Positions 23,766 through 34,400 of a stretch of DNA of 64,000 bases are shown here, piece by piece. Every line of letters starts with the position of its first letter. Positions within the stretch are counted from its first letter, which is position 1. The DNA is from Candidatus Latescibacterota bacterium (lineage in GTDB: Bacteria > Latescibacterota > UBA2968 > GCA-2709665): assembly GCA_963667175.2 (NCBI GenBank), contig CAXXXF010000002.1, forward strand, positions 224,001 through 288,000, in the 5' to 3' direction. A model generated the notes under the pieces. The model was not told where the DNA came from, made no database searches, and saw only the letters and a program-made list of their open reading frames with translations. The translations under genes and the position numbers were made by a program.

Positions 23766-24692
23766 GTGCGTGTGGCACATATGGATGAAGGGACGACAAA
23801 AGCCGTATTGATTGTGGGGGCTTCCGGATTCCTCGGGCGCGCGCTTTGCGACGTGCCTTTCGAAGGGTTGCGGCGGATACCCGCGGCGCGCAGGCCGCGG
23901 GCGCCGTATTCGACGTCCGACTGTCTGCGGGTGGACCTCACGGATGCCGACTCTGTCAGGGAGACAATTACACGGGTGCGGCCCGACTGGGTGATCAACG
24001 CGGCCGCGGAGGCCGGCGTGGACCGGTGTGAGCGCGATCCCGACCTGGCGCGCCGCGTGAACGTTTGTGGAACCCGGAATCTCGTTCGGGCGTGCGAAGA
24101 CGCAGCCACCGGCCTGGTGACCGTCTCTACGAACTACGTTTTCGACGGCCTGGCTGGCCCCTATGCCGAGACCGATCCCACCAATCCCGTCAACGTCTAC
24201 GGACGGACCAAGCTCGACGCGGAGGTCCTGTTGCTGGCGTCTTCGTGTCGGGCGGTTGTGGTCCGGACCGCGGTACTATACGGATATCGTGCGGACTGCA
24301 GGCCCAATTTCGTGACGTGGGCACTGGATTCCCTGCTTCGGGGCGAAACCATCCGGGTCGTAACCGACGAATGGGCAAATCCCACACACGTGGATGAACT
24401 TGCCGTGTTTCTCCTCGGACTGTGTCGCGGCGACTTCCGCGGCGTGGTCCACTTTGCAGGGCCTGAATACCTCAGCCGGTATGAAATGGTAAGGCGGATC
24501 TGCCGCTGTTTCGATTTCGACGAGGATCTGGTTGTGCCCGTCACTTCCAGGGAATTGGGTCAGACCGCGACCCGGCCCCCCGGCGCCGGCCTGAAGCTCG
24601 ACCTGGCACGCGGGCGGTTCAATCCCGTTCTGCGGTCTTTTTCCGAAAATCTGAAGGCGACCGGCAGGAAGATGGGCATGAAGGTCAGGTGA
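23766..24692 (+). CDS. rfbD: dTDP-4-dehydrorhamnose reductase-like SDR
   Basis: GASGFLG, VSTNYVFDG, YGRTK, PTHVDELA. Confidence 0.8.
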   Translation: MRVAHMDEGTTKAVLIVGASGFLGRALCDVPFEGLRRIPAARRPRAPYSTSDCLRVDLTDADSVRETITRVRPDWVINAAAEAGVDRCERDPDLARRVNVCGTRNLVRACEDAATGLVTVSTNYVFDGLAGPYAETDPTNPVNVYGRTKLDAEVLLLASSCRAVVVRTAVLYGYRADCRPNFVTWALDSLLRGETIRVVTDEWANPTHVDELAVFLLGLCRGDFRGVVHFAGPEYLSRYEMVRRICRCFDFDEDLVVPVTSRELGQTATRPPGAGLKLDLARGRFNPVLRSFSENLKATGRKMGMKVR

Positions 24693-25423
24693 TTGACATG
24701 GGTGAATCCCCGTTGCGCGTGTCTCTGATTACACCAACCTATAACGAACGCCCGAACGTTTCCCTTCTGGCGGACGAGGTTTTTTCGGCGGTCGGTCGGT
24801 TCCCGGAGATCGATCTGGAACTGATCGTCGTGGATGATGCTTCACCGGATGGAACCGGAGAGGAAGCGGAGGCGCTGAAGGGCCGATATCCCGTTCAGGT
24901 GGTACACCGGTCCGGCAAACTGGGCCTGGGCAGCGCGGTGATGGAGGGGTTTCAAAAGTCGAACCGCGATTGTCTGGGCGTGATTGACGCCGACCTGAGC
25001 CACGATCCGGCCGTATTGCCCCGATTGATTCACGGGCTGCGGGAATGCGATCTCGCGCTTGGCAGCCGCTACAACCCCGAAAGCCGGGTGGAGCGGTGGC
25101 CATGGTATCGAAAGCTGATCTCCCAGGCCGGTGTGCTCGCCGCGAGGCAGTTGACCGGGGTACAGGATCCGCTCAGCGGATATTTTTTCCTGCATCGGCG
25201 GGTGCTGCAGGGCGTGACGCTGACGTCTCCGGGGTACAAGATTCTGCTCGAGATCCTCGTCAAGGGAACCTGGTCGACGTTTGTTGAGGTGCCCTACGTG
25301 TTCCGCAACCGGCAGTACAGCACCAGCAAACTCAATTTCAAGGAGTATTACCTGTTTTCCAAACAACTGCTCGTATTTTCAATGACTAAATCGAAAAACA
25401 GGGCCACCGGATCCGGCGGCTGA
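24689..25423 (+). CDS. Polyprenol-phosphate mannosyltransferase-like GT2
   Basis: PTYNE, VDDASPDGT, DADLSHDP, GYKILLE. Confidence 0.85.
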   Translation: MIDMGESPLRVSLITPTYNERPNVSLLADEVFSAVGRFPEIDLELIVVDDASPDGTGEEAEALKGRYPVQVVHRSGKLGLGSAVMEGFQKSNRDCLGVIDADLSHDPAVLPRLIHGLRECDLALGSRYNPESRVERWPWYRKLISQAGVLAARQLTGVQDPLSGYFFLHRRVLQGVTLTSPGYKILLEILVKGTWSTFVEVPYVFRNRQYSTSKLNFKEYYLFSKQLLVFSMTKSKNRATGSGG

Positions 25424-25450
25424 GGGAGCGGCGGCGGACGTGGTTTCTCC

Positions 25451-25479
25451 TTGACATCTCCGGCGGCCGTCGTTATGTT
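25451..25479 (+). promoter_or_regulatory. Putative sigma70 promoter of the S41 peptidase gene
   Basis: TTGACA-17bp-TATGTT. Confidence 0.55.
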
Positions 25480-25522
25480 GGATCGCTTTGAATCGACGTC
25501 GCGTGACTTCCGAGAGGTTTGT

Positions 25523-27172
25523 ATGCCGGTCATCCTTCGGATTGTTCCCATATTGATCATGGCGTGGGCAGCGGGTCGTCCATGTGCGGCGGACGCGGAT
25601 CCCCCACCTCGCGTGAATACGGCCATGCAGGCCCATACCCTGGATCAGCTGGCCGACCTGATCCGGCGTCAGTATTATGAAACGACAGATCCGGTCGAAC
25701 TGTATCACGGCGCCATCGAAGGTTATCTTTCCCGCCTGGACCCCCACTCAACCTATATTTCGCCGGAGGAACTGCAGGACACCCAGGAACGGATGCGCGG
25801 CACGTTCGAGGGTATCGGGATCTATTTCGAAATCATCGCGGGCCGGCTCACGGTTCTGTCCCCGATTGTCGGATCTCCGGCCTACGAGGTCGGACTTCGG
25901 CCCGGCGACCGCATTGTAAAGATTGACGGCGCGTCGGTGATCGGCGTACGGAAGACCGATGACGTGAAAAAGCGGCTCAAGGGTCCGAAGGGCAGCAGGG
26001 TGAACGTTCTGGTTCAACGCCCTGGAGTGGCGGACCCCCTCAGGTTCGAGATCGTTCGTGACAAAATCGAAGTGCCCAGCGTGCCGTATGCGTTCAGACT
26101 GAATACCGACGTAGGTTACGTGAAAGTCGACCGGTTCTCCGGCCGCACGTCACGGGAGTTGCAGGACGCGCTCGACGGTCTGATCGACGGTGGCGCCGGA
26201 AAGCTGATCCTTGATTTGCGCGGCAACAGCGGCGGTTACCTCGAGCAGGCCGTGGCGGTGGCCGACCTGTTCCTGGAAAGAGACCGCCTTCTGGTGTACA
26301 CGGAAGGCCGCAGACGGGGTTCCCGTGAAGATCATTTCGCGGATCGCGATCCGATTGTGCCCGCCGATATGCCGCTGGCGGTACTTGTCGACAGCTACAG
26401 CGCCAGCGCTTCAGAGATTGTGGCGGGGGCCGTCCAGGACTACGACCGCGGGCTCGTCGTCGGGCGGAACACGTTCGGCAAGGGCCTGGTCCAGAAGCAG
26501 TATTCGCTGAAGAACGGTGGCGCGGTTCTGCTCACCGTGGCACGCTATTTCACGCCCAGCGAACGGCCGATCCAGCGTCCCTATTCCAGCGACAGGCGGG
26601 CATACCTGCAAGAGGCGCACGACGGATACGATTCCAATGCCGATCCGGACAGCGTGCAGTCCCAACCGGTCTATTTTACGCGGATATTGCAGCGTAAGGT
26701 ATACGGCAGCGGCGGGATCACGCCCGACGTGGAGTTGGATTCGGAGCGTCCCGGCGATTTCGAACGGCGTCTGGCCCCCAGGCACTTTTTCGAATTCGCA
26801 AGCCGGAGCGCTTCGGAGTTTACGGGCGCCTATCCGGATTTTGAATCCTATTTTCAACAATATGAGCCCGGCGCCGGCGAGATCGCGGAATTCAAGGCGT
26901 TCCTCAAGGAGTGGGATGCGGATCTGACGTTTACAGACCTTGAATTCGAAACGGGCGTCGGTCTGATCAAGCGGCAGATGAAACGGTATTTCTCGAAGTT
27001 CCGCTGGGGAGACCGGGAGGCGGGCCGCGTCGCCGTGAGTCAGGATCCGGAAGTCGTTCAGACGATTGAGCTGTTCGACCGGGCGAAACGACTGTTGGCG
27101 GATAGAGCGTATTATTCAACCCGGCAGGGACGGACCCACGTCCCTGCGACGCGGGACCCCCAGGTCAGATAG
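25523..27172 (+). CDS. S41 family C-terminal processing peptidase with PDZ domain
   Basis: LDPHS, FEGIGI, LDLRGNSGG, SASASEIVAGA, TFGKGLVQ, GGITPD. Confidence 0.92.
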   Translation: MPVILRIVPILIMAWAAGRPCAADADPPPRVNTAMQAHTLDQLADLIRRQYYETTDPVELYHGAIEGYLSRLDPHSTYISPEELQDTQERMRGTFEGIGIYFEIIAGRLTVLSPIVGSPAYEVGLRPGDRIVKIDGASVIGVRKTDDVKKRLKGPKGSRVNVLVQRPGVADPLRFEIVRDKIEVPSVPYAFRLNTDVGYVKVDRFSGRTSRELQDALDGLIDGGAGKLILDLRGNSGGYLEQAVAVADLFLERDRLLVYTEGRRRGSREDHFADRDPIVPADMPLAVLVDSYSASASEIVAGAVQDYDRGLVVGRNTFGKGLVQKQYSLKNGGAVLLTVARYFTPSERPIQRPYSSDRRAYLQEAHDGYDSNADPDSVQSQPVYFTRILQRKVYGSGGITPDVELDSERPGDFERRLAPRHFFEFASRSASEFTGAYPDFESYFQQYEPGAGEIAEFKAFLKEWDADLTFTDLEFETGVGLIKRQMKRYFSKFRWGDREAGRVAVSQDPEVVQTIELFDRAKRLLADRAYYSTRQGRTHVPATRDPQVR

Positions 27173-27195
27173 CAGTCCGTTTGTGGGAGGAGTCT

Positions 27196-27885
27196 ATGGC
27201 GCAACGTTATTCCTCATCTGCCCGCCGGGAGATTGGCACGCAGGTCAAGCTGCCGGTCAGAAAGGCCGTTGAGATCAGTTTCAACAGCGTCAAGATCCGG
27301 TTCGGACGGTCTTTGATAACGGTGAGCAGCATTATTCTGGCCATCGCCTTCCTGATGTCCATATGGACAACCAGCTCGATTGTGAACAGTCTTCGAGACG
27401 CCAACGACCCGAAGATGAACCTGATTCTGCAGCAGAAGGGGATCGACATCAGTCAGGAAAGCGAAGCCAACCGGCAGGAGGAGGCCAAGAACACGTGGCT
27501 CGTCGTACTTTCTCTGCTGGTGTGTCTGGTTGGGATCACAAACGCGATGCTGATGTCCGTTACCGAGCGCTTCCGTGAAATCGGCACCATGAAGTGCATG
27601 GGAGCGCTGGATGGATTCATTGTCAAGCTGTTTATCCTCGAGTCCGCCTTTATGGGAATGGCCGGCACGGTGCTTGGCGCGGCGGTGGGCTTTCTGCTGT
27701 CCGTTCTCATGTCCTGGATCGGATACGGCACGGCCGTTATTGATTACGTACCGTGGCCCGGCATTCTGGAGCGAGGCGTGACGGCGATCATTCTCGGTTC
27801 CTTTCTTTCCCTGATGGGCGGAATCCTTCCCGCCTATCGCGCCGCCAAGATGGAGCCGGTCGACGCGATGCGGCTGGAGGTGTAG
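27196..27885 (+). CDS. FtsX/MacB-like ABC transporter permease
   Basis: GITNAMLMSVTERFREIGTMK..GA, PAYRAAKMEPVDAMR. Confidence 0.88.
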   Translation: MAQRYSSSARREIGTQVKLPVRKAVEISFNSVKIRFGRSLITVSSIILAIAFLMSIWTTSSIVNSLRDANDPKMNLILQQKGIDISQESEANRQEEAKNTWLVVLSLLVCLVGITNAMLMSVTERFREIGTMKCMGALDGFIVKLFILESAFMGMAGTVLGAAVGFLLSVLMSWIGYGTAVIDYVPWPGILERGVTAIILGSFLSLMGGILPAYRAAKMEPVDAMRLEV

Positions 27886-27958
27886 GCTTGAGTCGGGCAG
27901 CCCGCGCTTTCACGAAGACGCCGCAACCGAAATTCACTTGCTTGTCTGGAGGGCGACG

Positions 27959-28687
27959 ATGGCCGTCGTAAGAACACAGGACGTGAAGAAGGTCTATGAG
28001 ATGGGCGACGTGCGGGTGTCCGCGCTCAAGGGGGTGGATATCGAAATCGAGCAGGGCGAGTACATCTCCATTATGGGGCCCTCCGGTTCCGGAAAGACCA
28101 CCCTGTTCAATATGGTGGGCGGGCTGGACAAACCCAGCGACGGGAAGGTGTACATCGACGACGTGGACGTTGCCCAACTCGATGCCTATGAACTGGCGTG
28201 GCTGCGTTGCCGGAAGATCGGGTATATTTTCCAGACGTTCAATCTGATTCCGGTGATGACGGCGCTGGAAAACGTGACGCTTCCCATGGTATTTGCCGGG
28301 CTGACCAGCGACGAGGCCAGGGACAAGGGGGTCGAACTGCTGAATAAGGTGGGATTGGGCGACAGGGTGTCGCATAAACCCTTTGAACTTTCGGGCGGGC
28401 AGCAGCAGCGCGTTGCGGTTGCCCGGGCGTTTGCAAACGACCCGGCCCTGATACTTGCCGACGAACCCACCGGAAACCTGGATCTGCGCACCGGTACGGA
28501 GATTATCGAACTGCTGCGGGAGATGAACCAGGAGTCCGGCGTCACCGTGGTGTCGGCAACGCACGACCACAAGATGCTGAGCGTCTCCGATCGGGTGGTG
28601 TGGGTGCGCGACGGGCGCGTCGACCGCGTCGTGAAACGGGAAGAATTGAAGATCGAGGTGGGTACCATCGACGGACGAACGGCGTAG
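27959..28687 (+). CDS. ABC transporter ATP-binding protein (LolD/MacB-like)
   Basis: GPSGSGKTT, LSGGQQQRV, ILADEPTGNLD. Confidence 0.92.
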   Translation: MAVVRTQDVKKVYEMGDVRVSALKGVDIEIEQGEYISIMGPSGSGKTTLFNMVGGLDKPSDGKVYIDDVDVAQLDAYELAWLRCRKIGYIFQTFNLIPVMTALENVTLPMVFAGLTSDEARDKGVELLNKVGLGDRVSHKPFELSGGQQQRVAVARAFANDPALILADEPTGNLDLRTGTEIIELLREMNQESGVTVVSATHDHKMLSVSDRVVWVRDGRVDRVVKREELKIEVGTIDGRTA

Positions 28688-28823
28688 AACGGGTCGCGAG
28701 AAAAAAAGCGGGCGATCCGGATTCTGTGTGGAGTCGCCGCCAGGGATGGCTCTATCAGGTCCGGGAGGTCGGCTCCCGGGCCTTTTTCAATCAACTGTCA
28801 AACAAAACTGAGGAGGCATCACC

Positions 28824-29141
28824 GTGATCATGACCACCACACCGGGCATCGAAGGCAAGACCATCCGCGAGTACAGGGGCATCGTCACCGGCGAGGCGAT
28901 TCTCGGCGCGAACATCTTCAAGGATTTCTTCGCCGGCATACGCGACATCGTGGGCGGGCGTTCCGCGGCGTATGAGAAGGAGTTGAAGCATGCGCGCGAG
29001 ATCGCGTTCAGCGAAGTGGAGGAAGCGGCCCTTCAGGAAGGCGCCAACGCGGTCGTCGGCATCGACCTGGACTACGAAGTCGTCGGCGAGGGCAGCATGC
29101 TGATGGTCTCGGTCAGCGGCACCGCGGTTCGGACCGACTGA
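28824..29141 (+). CDS. YbjQ/UPF0145 family protein
   Basis: [39 protein letters not shown]. Confidence 0.9.
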   Translation: MIMTTTPGIEGKTIREYRGIVTGEAILGANIFKDFFAGIRDIVGGRSAAYEKELKHAREIAFSEVEEAALQEGANAVVGIDLDYEVVGEGSMLMVSVSGTAVRTD

Positions 29142-29206
29142 CGCAACTCGCGCCACTGATGCATTTCGCGACAACCCGGGTAACCAACGAACACGGAGAA
29201 CGGCCA

Positions 29207-29569
29207 ATGGGCGCGACGTACGTTGACGTCACCATTCGCAATCCCGCGGATCCGGGACGCAGCTGGACGGGAAAATTCCTCGTCGATACAGGCGCGTTCG
29301 ATTCGCTCGTGCCGCGGGCGCGTCTCGATGCGATCGGGCTGACTCCGAGAGGCAGCCGCGAGTACGTCCTTGCTGACGGAAAATCCGTGGCCATGGACGT
29401 AACAATCGCGGAACTCGAGATTGAAGGAGAAGTCGTGGGTGGAACGATCGTATATGGGGATGCCGGCGCCGAACCCCTACTCGGCGTTACGGCACTGGAA
29501 TCGGGCGGATTCGAGGTCGACCCGCGCAGTGAAGAGTTGAAGCGGCTGCCGGCGGTTCTGTTGAAATGA
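29207..29569 (+). CDS. Clan AA (retropepsin-like) aspartic protease
   Basis: FLVDTGA, LADG, PLLGVTALE. Confidence 0.85.
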   Translation: MGATYVDVTIRNPADPGRSWTGKFLVDTGAFDSLVPRARLDAIGLTPRGSREYVLADGKSVAMDVTIAELEIEGEVVGGTIVYGDAGAEPLLGVTALESGGFEVDPRSEELKRLPAVLLK

Positions 29570-29695
29570 CGTGGAGGAGCCGGCGTAGAGCTTATAACGG
29601 TCTCTCTTGTAAAATTCCGGCTTGACAAGACCCCCGGATACGTTAGATTTCTACTGTAACGGAGCACACGGCAAATCCATCCTCCGGGGTGTAAC

Positions 29696-29944
29696 ATGAA
29701 CGGTAAAATCTTCAATGAAGACAATCTTCGATTCGCCATTTTTCTTTTGGCCTTATGGGGATCTCTATGGAGTTTCTCATCTGGAATCAATCAAAGAATA
29801 GATAGATTGGAAGACCGACTGACTCAACGAATAGGCAAATTAGAAGATAAAATGGAAAGCAAGTTTGATGCCATCGATGCACGTTTGGATTCCTTCGGGG
29901 AGCGCATTGCCGCGAACGAAGCACGAATAAACGCCAGAGAGTAA
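29696..29944 (+). CDS. Small membrane-anchored coiled-coil protein
   Basis: One hydrophobic segment, then RIDRLED heptads; TTGACA promoter-like element at 29622. Confidence 0.55.
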   Translation: MNGKIFNEDNLRFAIFLLALWGSLWSFSSGINQRIDRLEDRLTQRIGKLEDKMESKFDAIDARLDSFGERIAANEARINARE

Positions 29945-30250
29945 AAACATCCGCACGACAATCCCCTTCCACGACTCGCCTGCCGGTATTACATATTGGC
30001 AGGATTTTTTTTATGTCATCCTGAGAAGGCCGTTGTGAGGGTGGAGCCTGCCTCGACGTCGCTCAGAATGACGGGCCGGCCGATCGCAATAATCGTCATT
30101 CTGAGGAAGCCGCCAGGCAGGCGATGTCTCCGCGCAAATGCGTTTCCCGCGCTTTTCCGTTCAGGACGATCGAGAAGACGGGACAACGCGCCTTGTGAGC
30201 CCATTGTCCCGATATCTCTTTTGAGGTGAAGGGTATTTCGGGGGTGGGAC

Positions 30251-31153
30251 TCAGTCCTGTTCCTGATCCAGCAACCGACCGAACGCGTCGAGGCTGGATA
30301 CCCGGACCGCCGCGCGGTGCAGTTCCTTCAGGCGATGCACGTCGTCGACCGCCGCGATGCGAGCGGCCGGGAGATGCGACGCAGCAAGATTGAATCGAAC
30401 TTCCAGGACCGCGAGGATGCTGTCCCGAAGACCCTGCTCGATCCCCTGCTCTATACCTTGCTCTTTGGCTTCACGGGTGAGGTATTGGGCAAAGGACGAT
30501 TCGCGGATGAGATCCATGATGCCCTCCTTCAAGATAACGTCAGAAATGGCTTCCGGCGTGTACACCAATCCGCTCAGCACTGACATGCCAGCCAGATAGT
30601 CGGCTTTTGCAGGTGAAGCGATCGGCCGCGCGTTGGCAAGGTGGATACAGCGGCGTAACCACGCGCCAGAAGCCATGCCCTCAGGCGGCTTCATCAACGG
30701 CGTAAACGCGATCAGCCCGGCGTGTCCCGCATCGAGGATGCCCTGGCCATCCAGGTCAATCAGCCGAATCACTTTGTACTGAACTTGAACCCGATGACCG
30801 GGCTGCGATTGCAGATACTGTCCCGGATCGCGCCGCCCCGCTTCGGGGCGAAGATAGATGACGCTGGAATAGACCGGCACGCCGTACCGCTCAATGGCGC
30901 GCCCTACGTAGCCTGCCATGCGCCTCGGCATCGGCTGACCGCTGTCCGTCGTCTGAAATTCGTTGTGGACCAATGCCTCCCGGCCGTCGACGCGGACGCG
31001 AATGAGACTGTCGGTCTGACGCGCGGTGACCGTGGGCTGCTCCGTGTCAATGACATCAAGAACTTCGACGTCGTCTCGCCCGAGGGTAAAGCCGGCGAAG
31101 TCGCCGGGATACGATTGAATCAGGTGCTTGGAAATCGCATCAAATTCTGCCAT
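30251..31153 (-). CDS. Rpn/transposase_31-like PD-(D/E)XK protein
   Basis: FD..SK.L, TDSLI...HNEFQ...MPRRM..Y, EQGIEQGIEQG repeat, LEVRF C-terminal domain. Confidence 0.75.
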   Translation of the reverse strand: MAEFDAISKHLIQSYPGDFAGFTLGRDDVEVLDVIDTEQPTVTARQTDSLIRVRVDGREALVHNEFQTTDSGQPMPRRMAGYVGRAIERYGVPVYSSVIYLRPEAGRRDPGQYLQSQPGHRVQVQYKVIRLIDLDGQGILDAGHAGLIAFTPLMKPPEGMASGAWLRRCIHLANARPIASPAKADYLAGMSVLSGLVYTPEAISDVILKEGIMDLIRESSFAQYLTREAKEQGIEQGIEQGLRDSILAVLEVRFNLAASHLPAARIAAVDDVHRLKELHRAAVRVSSLDAFGRLLDQEQD

Positions 31154-31375
31154 GCAGGATGCCCGGGGGACTTTGGGGAATAGGACGGCGCCGTGTAAAC
31201 AAGATACGGGATCAGCGCCGAAAGTCAATTGCATCATTAAGATTTCCGCGAAATACAAGACCGGTGAGACGTAAGACGGGAGACGGTAGAGGACGTCCTT
31301 GCCCGATTGTTTATTCCTTTATGCCACTGGCAGGAAATGAAACCGCACGGGGCAGGCTATCTCTCACGTCTTAAG

Positions 31376-32750
31376 TCTTGCGTCTCCCCGCCTTTAGCAG
31401 ATCGCTGCTTTTCCTGACCACTTGCCACTGACCACTGGTCTTTCTTTTTCCGCGCCGAGGGCATCTTGCCCTCGTTGCGCTTTCCGGTGCTTCCACGTCT
31501 CGGCGCTGAGCTCGAGTGATGGCTTTCCACCTGGGAGCGCCTGCCTGTGCGTGTGACACGCACGCAGACAGGCGGGCGTCCCGCCCGCAACATGGTCGCA
31601 GCACTGATGTCAACTGATTGACTTCCGCTGTTGGATGATCGCGATTCCCGTGCATCAGTTGTCTCGAGCTACTGTCACATTTTGCAACATCCGGAAACAC
31701 CTGCCTATTCAGTAGCCATTGTTGTAACTGTCAACAAAACGAACGCGCACTCACATCCTCTACCCTCTTCCCTCTTGCGTCTCCCCGCCTTTTAGCTGAC
31801 CACTGCTTTCACTGACCACTTACCACTTGCCACTGGTTTCTCTTTTTCCGGACCGAGGGCATCCTGCCCTCGATGCGCCCCTTGTGGTCTCCCCATGTCC
31901 AGGCGTTGACGTCACTGGGTTGTTTTTTGATTCAAGCTGACCACTTCCCACTGACCACTGACCACTGATCCCTTACCACTTGCCACTTCCCACTGGTCTC
32001 CGAACGCGACAATCCCTTGCATGCTGCACAAAGTTTCACCATATTATGTGTGGCGGCGATGAAACCAATCCGAAAACGGGACGGACAATCGACACGACGA
32101 ATTTCCAGGATCAGTAAAGGTGGAGATTTGTCGTTCTTGCCATATCGCAATAAAATTCTCAACGGGCTGTCAGGCCGCGGGACGGGTAAGTTTGCGGAAA
32201 AAAATAGCGGCCAGGGACATTGTCCCGGGTCGGCTGGCGCCGGCCCATTCTGGTCGCTGCAAAGAATATAGCCATCCGCAACGAAAACGCAACTCTTTTC
32301 GACATTTCTTGTAGGCGCCACTGGCAGATCAATCTCTATCAAAACACGGGGATGCTGAGGTTACGGGTGAAGTGGCCTAAAGTGAGTGCGTGGCGCGTGT
32401 CTTCTGTCTACCGTGTTTTTTCGTCCATGGTTGCATTTTGCGACACCCTGGGAGCGCCCGCATCGCACCCCAGTTAATCCGTCCACGAAAAGTTCGGCCG
32501 TAGAATGTCCTGCTCATTCGTCTGGATGTGGCATTTTGCGACACCTGGGAGCGCCTGCCAACGGATTGGGTCTTTTCTGACCACTGAGCCCTTGCCACTG
32601 ATTCCCGTTTTTTGGACCGAGGGCATCTTGCCCTCGATGCACGCTTCCCAATCCTTCCACGTCTCTGCGCAGACGTCGACGGGTTGTTTTTGACTCAAAC
32701 TGACGGCTGAATGCGGATCGCTGCTTCTACTGATCACTTCCCACTGACCA
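31376..32750. repeat. Non-coding mosaic of degenerate repeats (CCACTGA heptamers, GAGGGCATC(T/C)TGCCCTC hairpins, CATTTTGC(G/A)ACA blocks)
   Basis: Related blocks at about 31376-31480, 31773-31880 and 32570-32700; cattttgc blocks at about 31678, 32434 and 32532; no convincing ORF. Confidence 0.75.
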
Positions 32751-32804
32751 CTACTTAGAAAATAACCTTTCAGATTTCGAAGAATCCTGTTGTTTTTCTT
32801 TTAT

Positions 32805-34145
32805 TTAAGCAGCTTGTAGCGTAAGCGCAACGTTGTACCCCAACTTTTCCAGGCGATGGGAGAGCCGAGAGACAACGTCGTGTTTCTTGCGCTGATCGAA
32901 ATAGTTGCTGCCCGGATCTTGATAAGGTTGTGTGTGACAGGCCATATGATAGGCGGCTGTGAGAATGGAATGAGCCACTGCCACCAAGGCGCGTTTCTTG
33001 CCCCGTCGTGCGGCCAACCGACGATAGAGAGCGGACAGATAAGTGTCTTTGGTGCGCGAGGCCGCCCAGGCCGCCTGGACGAGGGCAAGACGCAACGCAG
33101 GATTGCCTTTGGTGGTGCGCCCCGATTGACGTTTCCCTGCGCTTTCATGGTTTCCAGGCGCTAAGCCGACCCAGGAGGCCAGATGCCGGTGGGTGGGGAA
33201 GCGGCCCATATCCACGCCCATTTCGGCCACCATAACCTCGGCCACGGTCTGGTTGACGCCAGGAATCGTATCCCACAAGGCCATGGCCTGATTGGGAAGG
33301 AGCCGAGAAGCTTGCGCAGGCTTGGACGAGGCGGCGGTTGGTGACTGCGCAGGCTTGGGCGAACCGCCCGAAGGAGGCTGCGGGTCTTTTGGGGGCACAC
33401 CCATCGCCTCAATGTGTTGAGCGATCTGGTCGGACAGCTGAGAAAGTTGTGTTTCCAGAAAGTCCAGATGCACCAGCAAGTGGCTCAACAAAAAGCGATG
33501 GTGGGGTCGGAAAAAGCCGGTCAGCGCCTGCTCTAGGTCGGCCTTCTTGTTGCGCAAGCGGCCCTTGGCCAACTCCGCTAACGCTGCTGGATCTTCCTGG
33601 CCTTGGATGAGCCCTTTTAGTATGGCCCGACCCGACACGCCCAGCGTATCGCTGGCCACACTGGACAGCTTGATGTTGGCGCCCTCCAAAGCCTTCTGCA
33701 CCCGATTGATCACCCGGGTGCGCTCCTGCACCAATGTGGTGCGATACCGCGTCAGATCACGCAAATCCCGCTGGAGGGCAGGGGGAATAAAGCTCGCTTT
33801 GAGCAAGCCGTGTTGCAGCAACCCGGCCAGCCACTCAGCATCCCGGACATCGGTCTTGCGTCCTGGCACCTGTTTGACGTGCTGAGCATTGACCAGCAAG
33901 ACTTCAAAGTTGGCTTCCAGCACGTTGAAGATGGGCTTCCAATACTCGCCGGTGCTTTCCATCGCCACATGGGTGCAGCCCCACTGAGAAAGCCAATCGC
34001 TCAACGCCAGCAACTGCCGGGTCATTGTGGAGAAGGTCTTTACCTCTCGCCGGCTCGGCTTTGACCCTTCGGCCTTCATCCGGCAGGCAACGACCGTCTT
34101 TTTGTGGACATCCAAACCAGCGCAACAAGGGTAGATGACATGCAT
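32805..34145 (-). CDS. IS110-family DEDD transposase/recombinase
   Basis: GLDVHK, MESTG, KTDVRD (DEDD RuvC-like); GLAP..HESAG, KGN..LR, ALVAVAH (Tnp_20). Confidence 0.95.
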   Translation of the reverse strand: MHVIYPCCAGLDVHKKTVVACRMKAEGSKPSRREVKTFSTMTRQLLALSDWLSQWGCTHVAMESTGEYWKPIFNVLEANFEVLLVNAQHVKQVPGRKTDVRDAEWLAGLLQHGLLKASFIPPALQRDLRDLTRYRTTLVQERTRVINRVQKALEGANIKLSSVASDTLGVSGRAILKGLIQGQEDPAALAELAKGRLRNKKADLEQALTGFFRPHHRFLLSHLLVHLDFLETQLSQLSDQIAQHIEAMGVPPKDPQPPSGGSPKPAQSPTAASSKPAQASRLLPNQAMALWDTIPGVNQTVAEVMVAEMGVDMGRFPTHRHLASWVGLAPGNHESAGKRQSGRTTKGNPALRLALVQAAWAASRTKDTYLSALYRRLAARRGKKRALVAVAHSILTAAYHMACHTQPYQDPGSNYFDQRKKHDVVSRLSHRLEKLGYNVALTLQAA

Positions 34146-34149
34146 CGCA

Positions 34150-34370
34150 GGCCTCCTGTGTCTGATCCGGCTGGTCGGGTATCTGCTGGGATAAGAGTCT
34201 ACTTGGCGGGCTCTCCCTTTACAGGGGGCGACAATAATGGATACCTCCAGATACCCAGGTCCAACTGTTTTTCAGGCTCATAGCACCATCTACAAAACGA
34301 CCTTCGACCAGCCAAGGGTTATGGTGGCCAACAACTTACCACACAAGTCTGTTGACGCAACCATTTTCAT
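34150..34370 (-). ncRNA. Candidate IS110 bridge RNA (second copy about 35800-36020)
   Basis: Structured 255-bp non-coding end 5' of the transposase; stems 34169-77/34305-13, 34177-85/34248-56 and 34257-61/34299-303; loops contain target and donor matches. Confidence 0.7.
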
Positions 34371-34371
34371 C

Positions 34372-34400
34372 ATTATGGGTGCCCCAAAGGGGCATGACAA
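34372..34400 (-). promoter_or_regulatory. sigma70-like promoter at the IS110 end (also 36022-36050)
   Basis: Minus strand TTGTCA-17bp-CATAAT, starting immediately inside the core dinucleotide. Confidence 0.65.

Noticed and set aside
30015-30105. gtcatcctgag...ctcagaatgac hairpin as an ncRNA
   Set aside because: More consistent with a common intergenic palindromic repeat; no RNA-family features seen.
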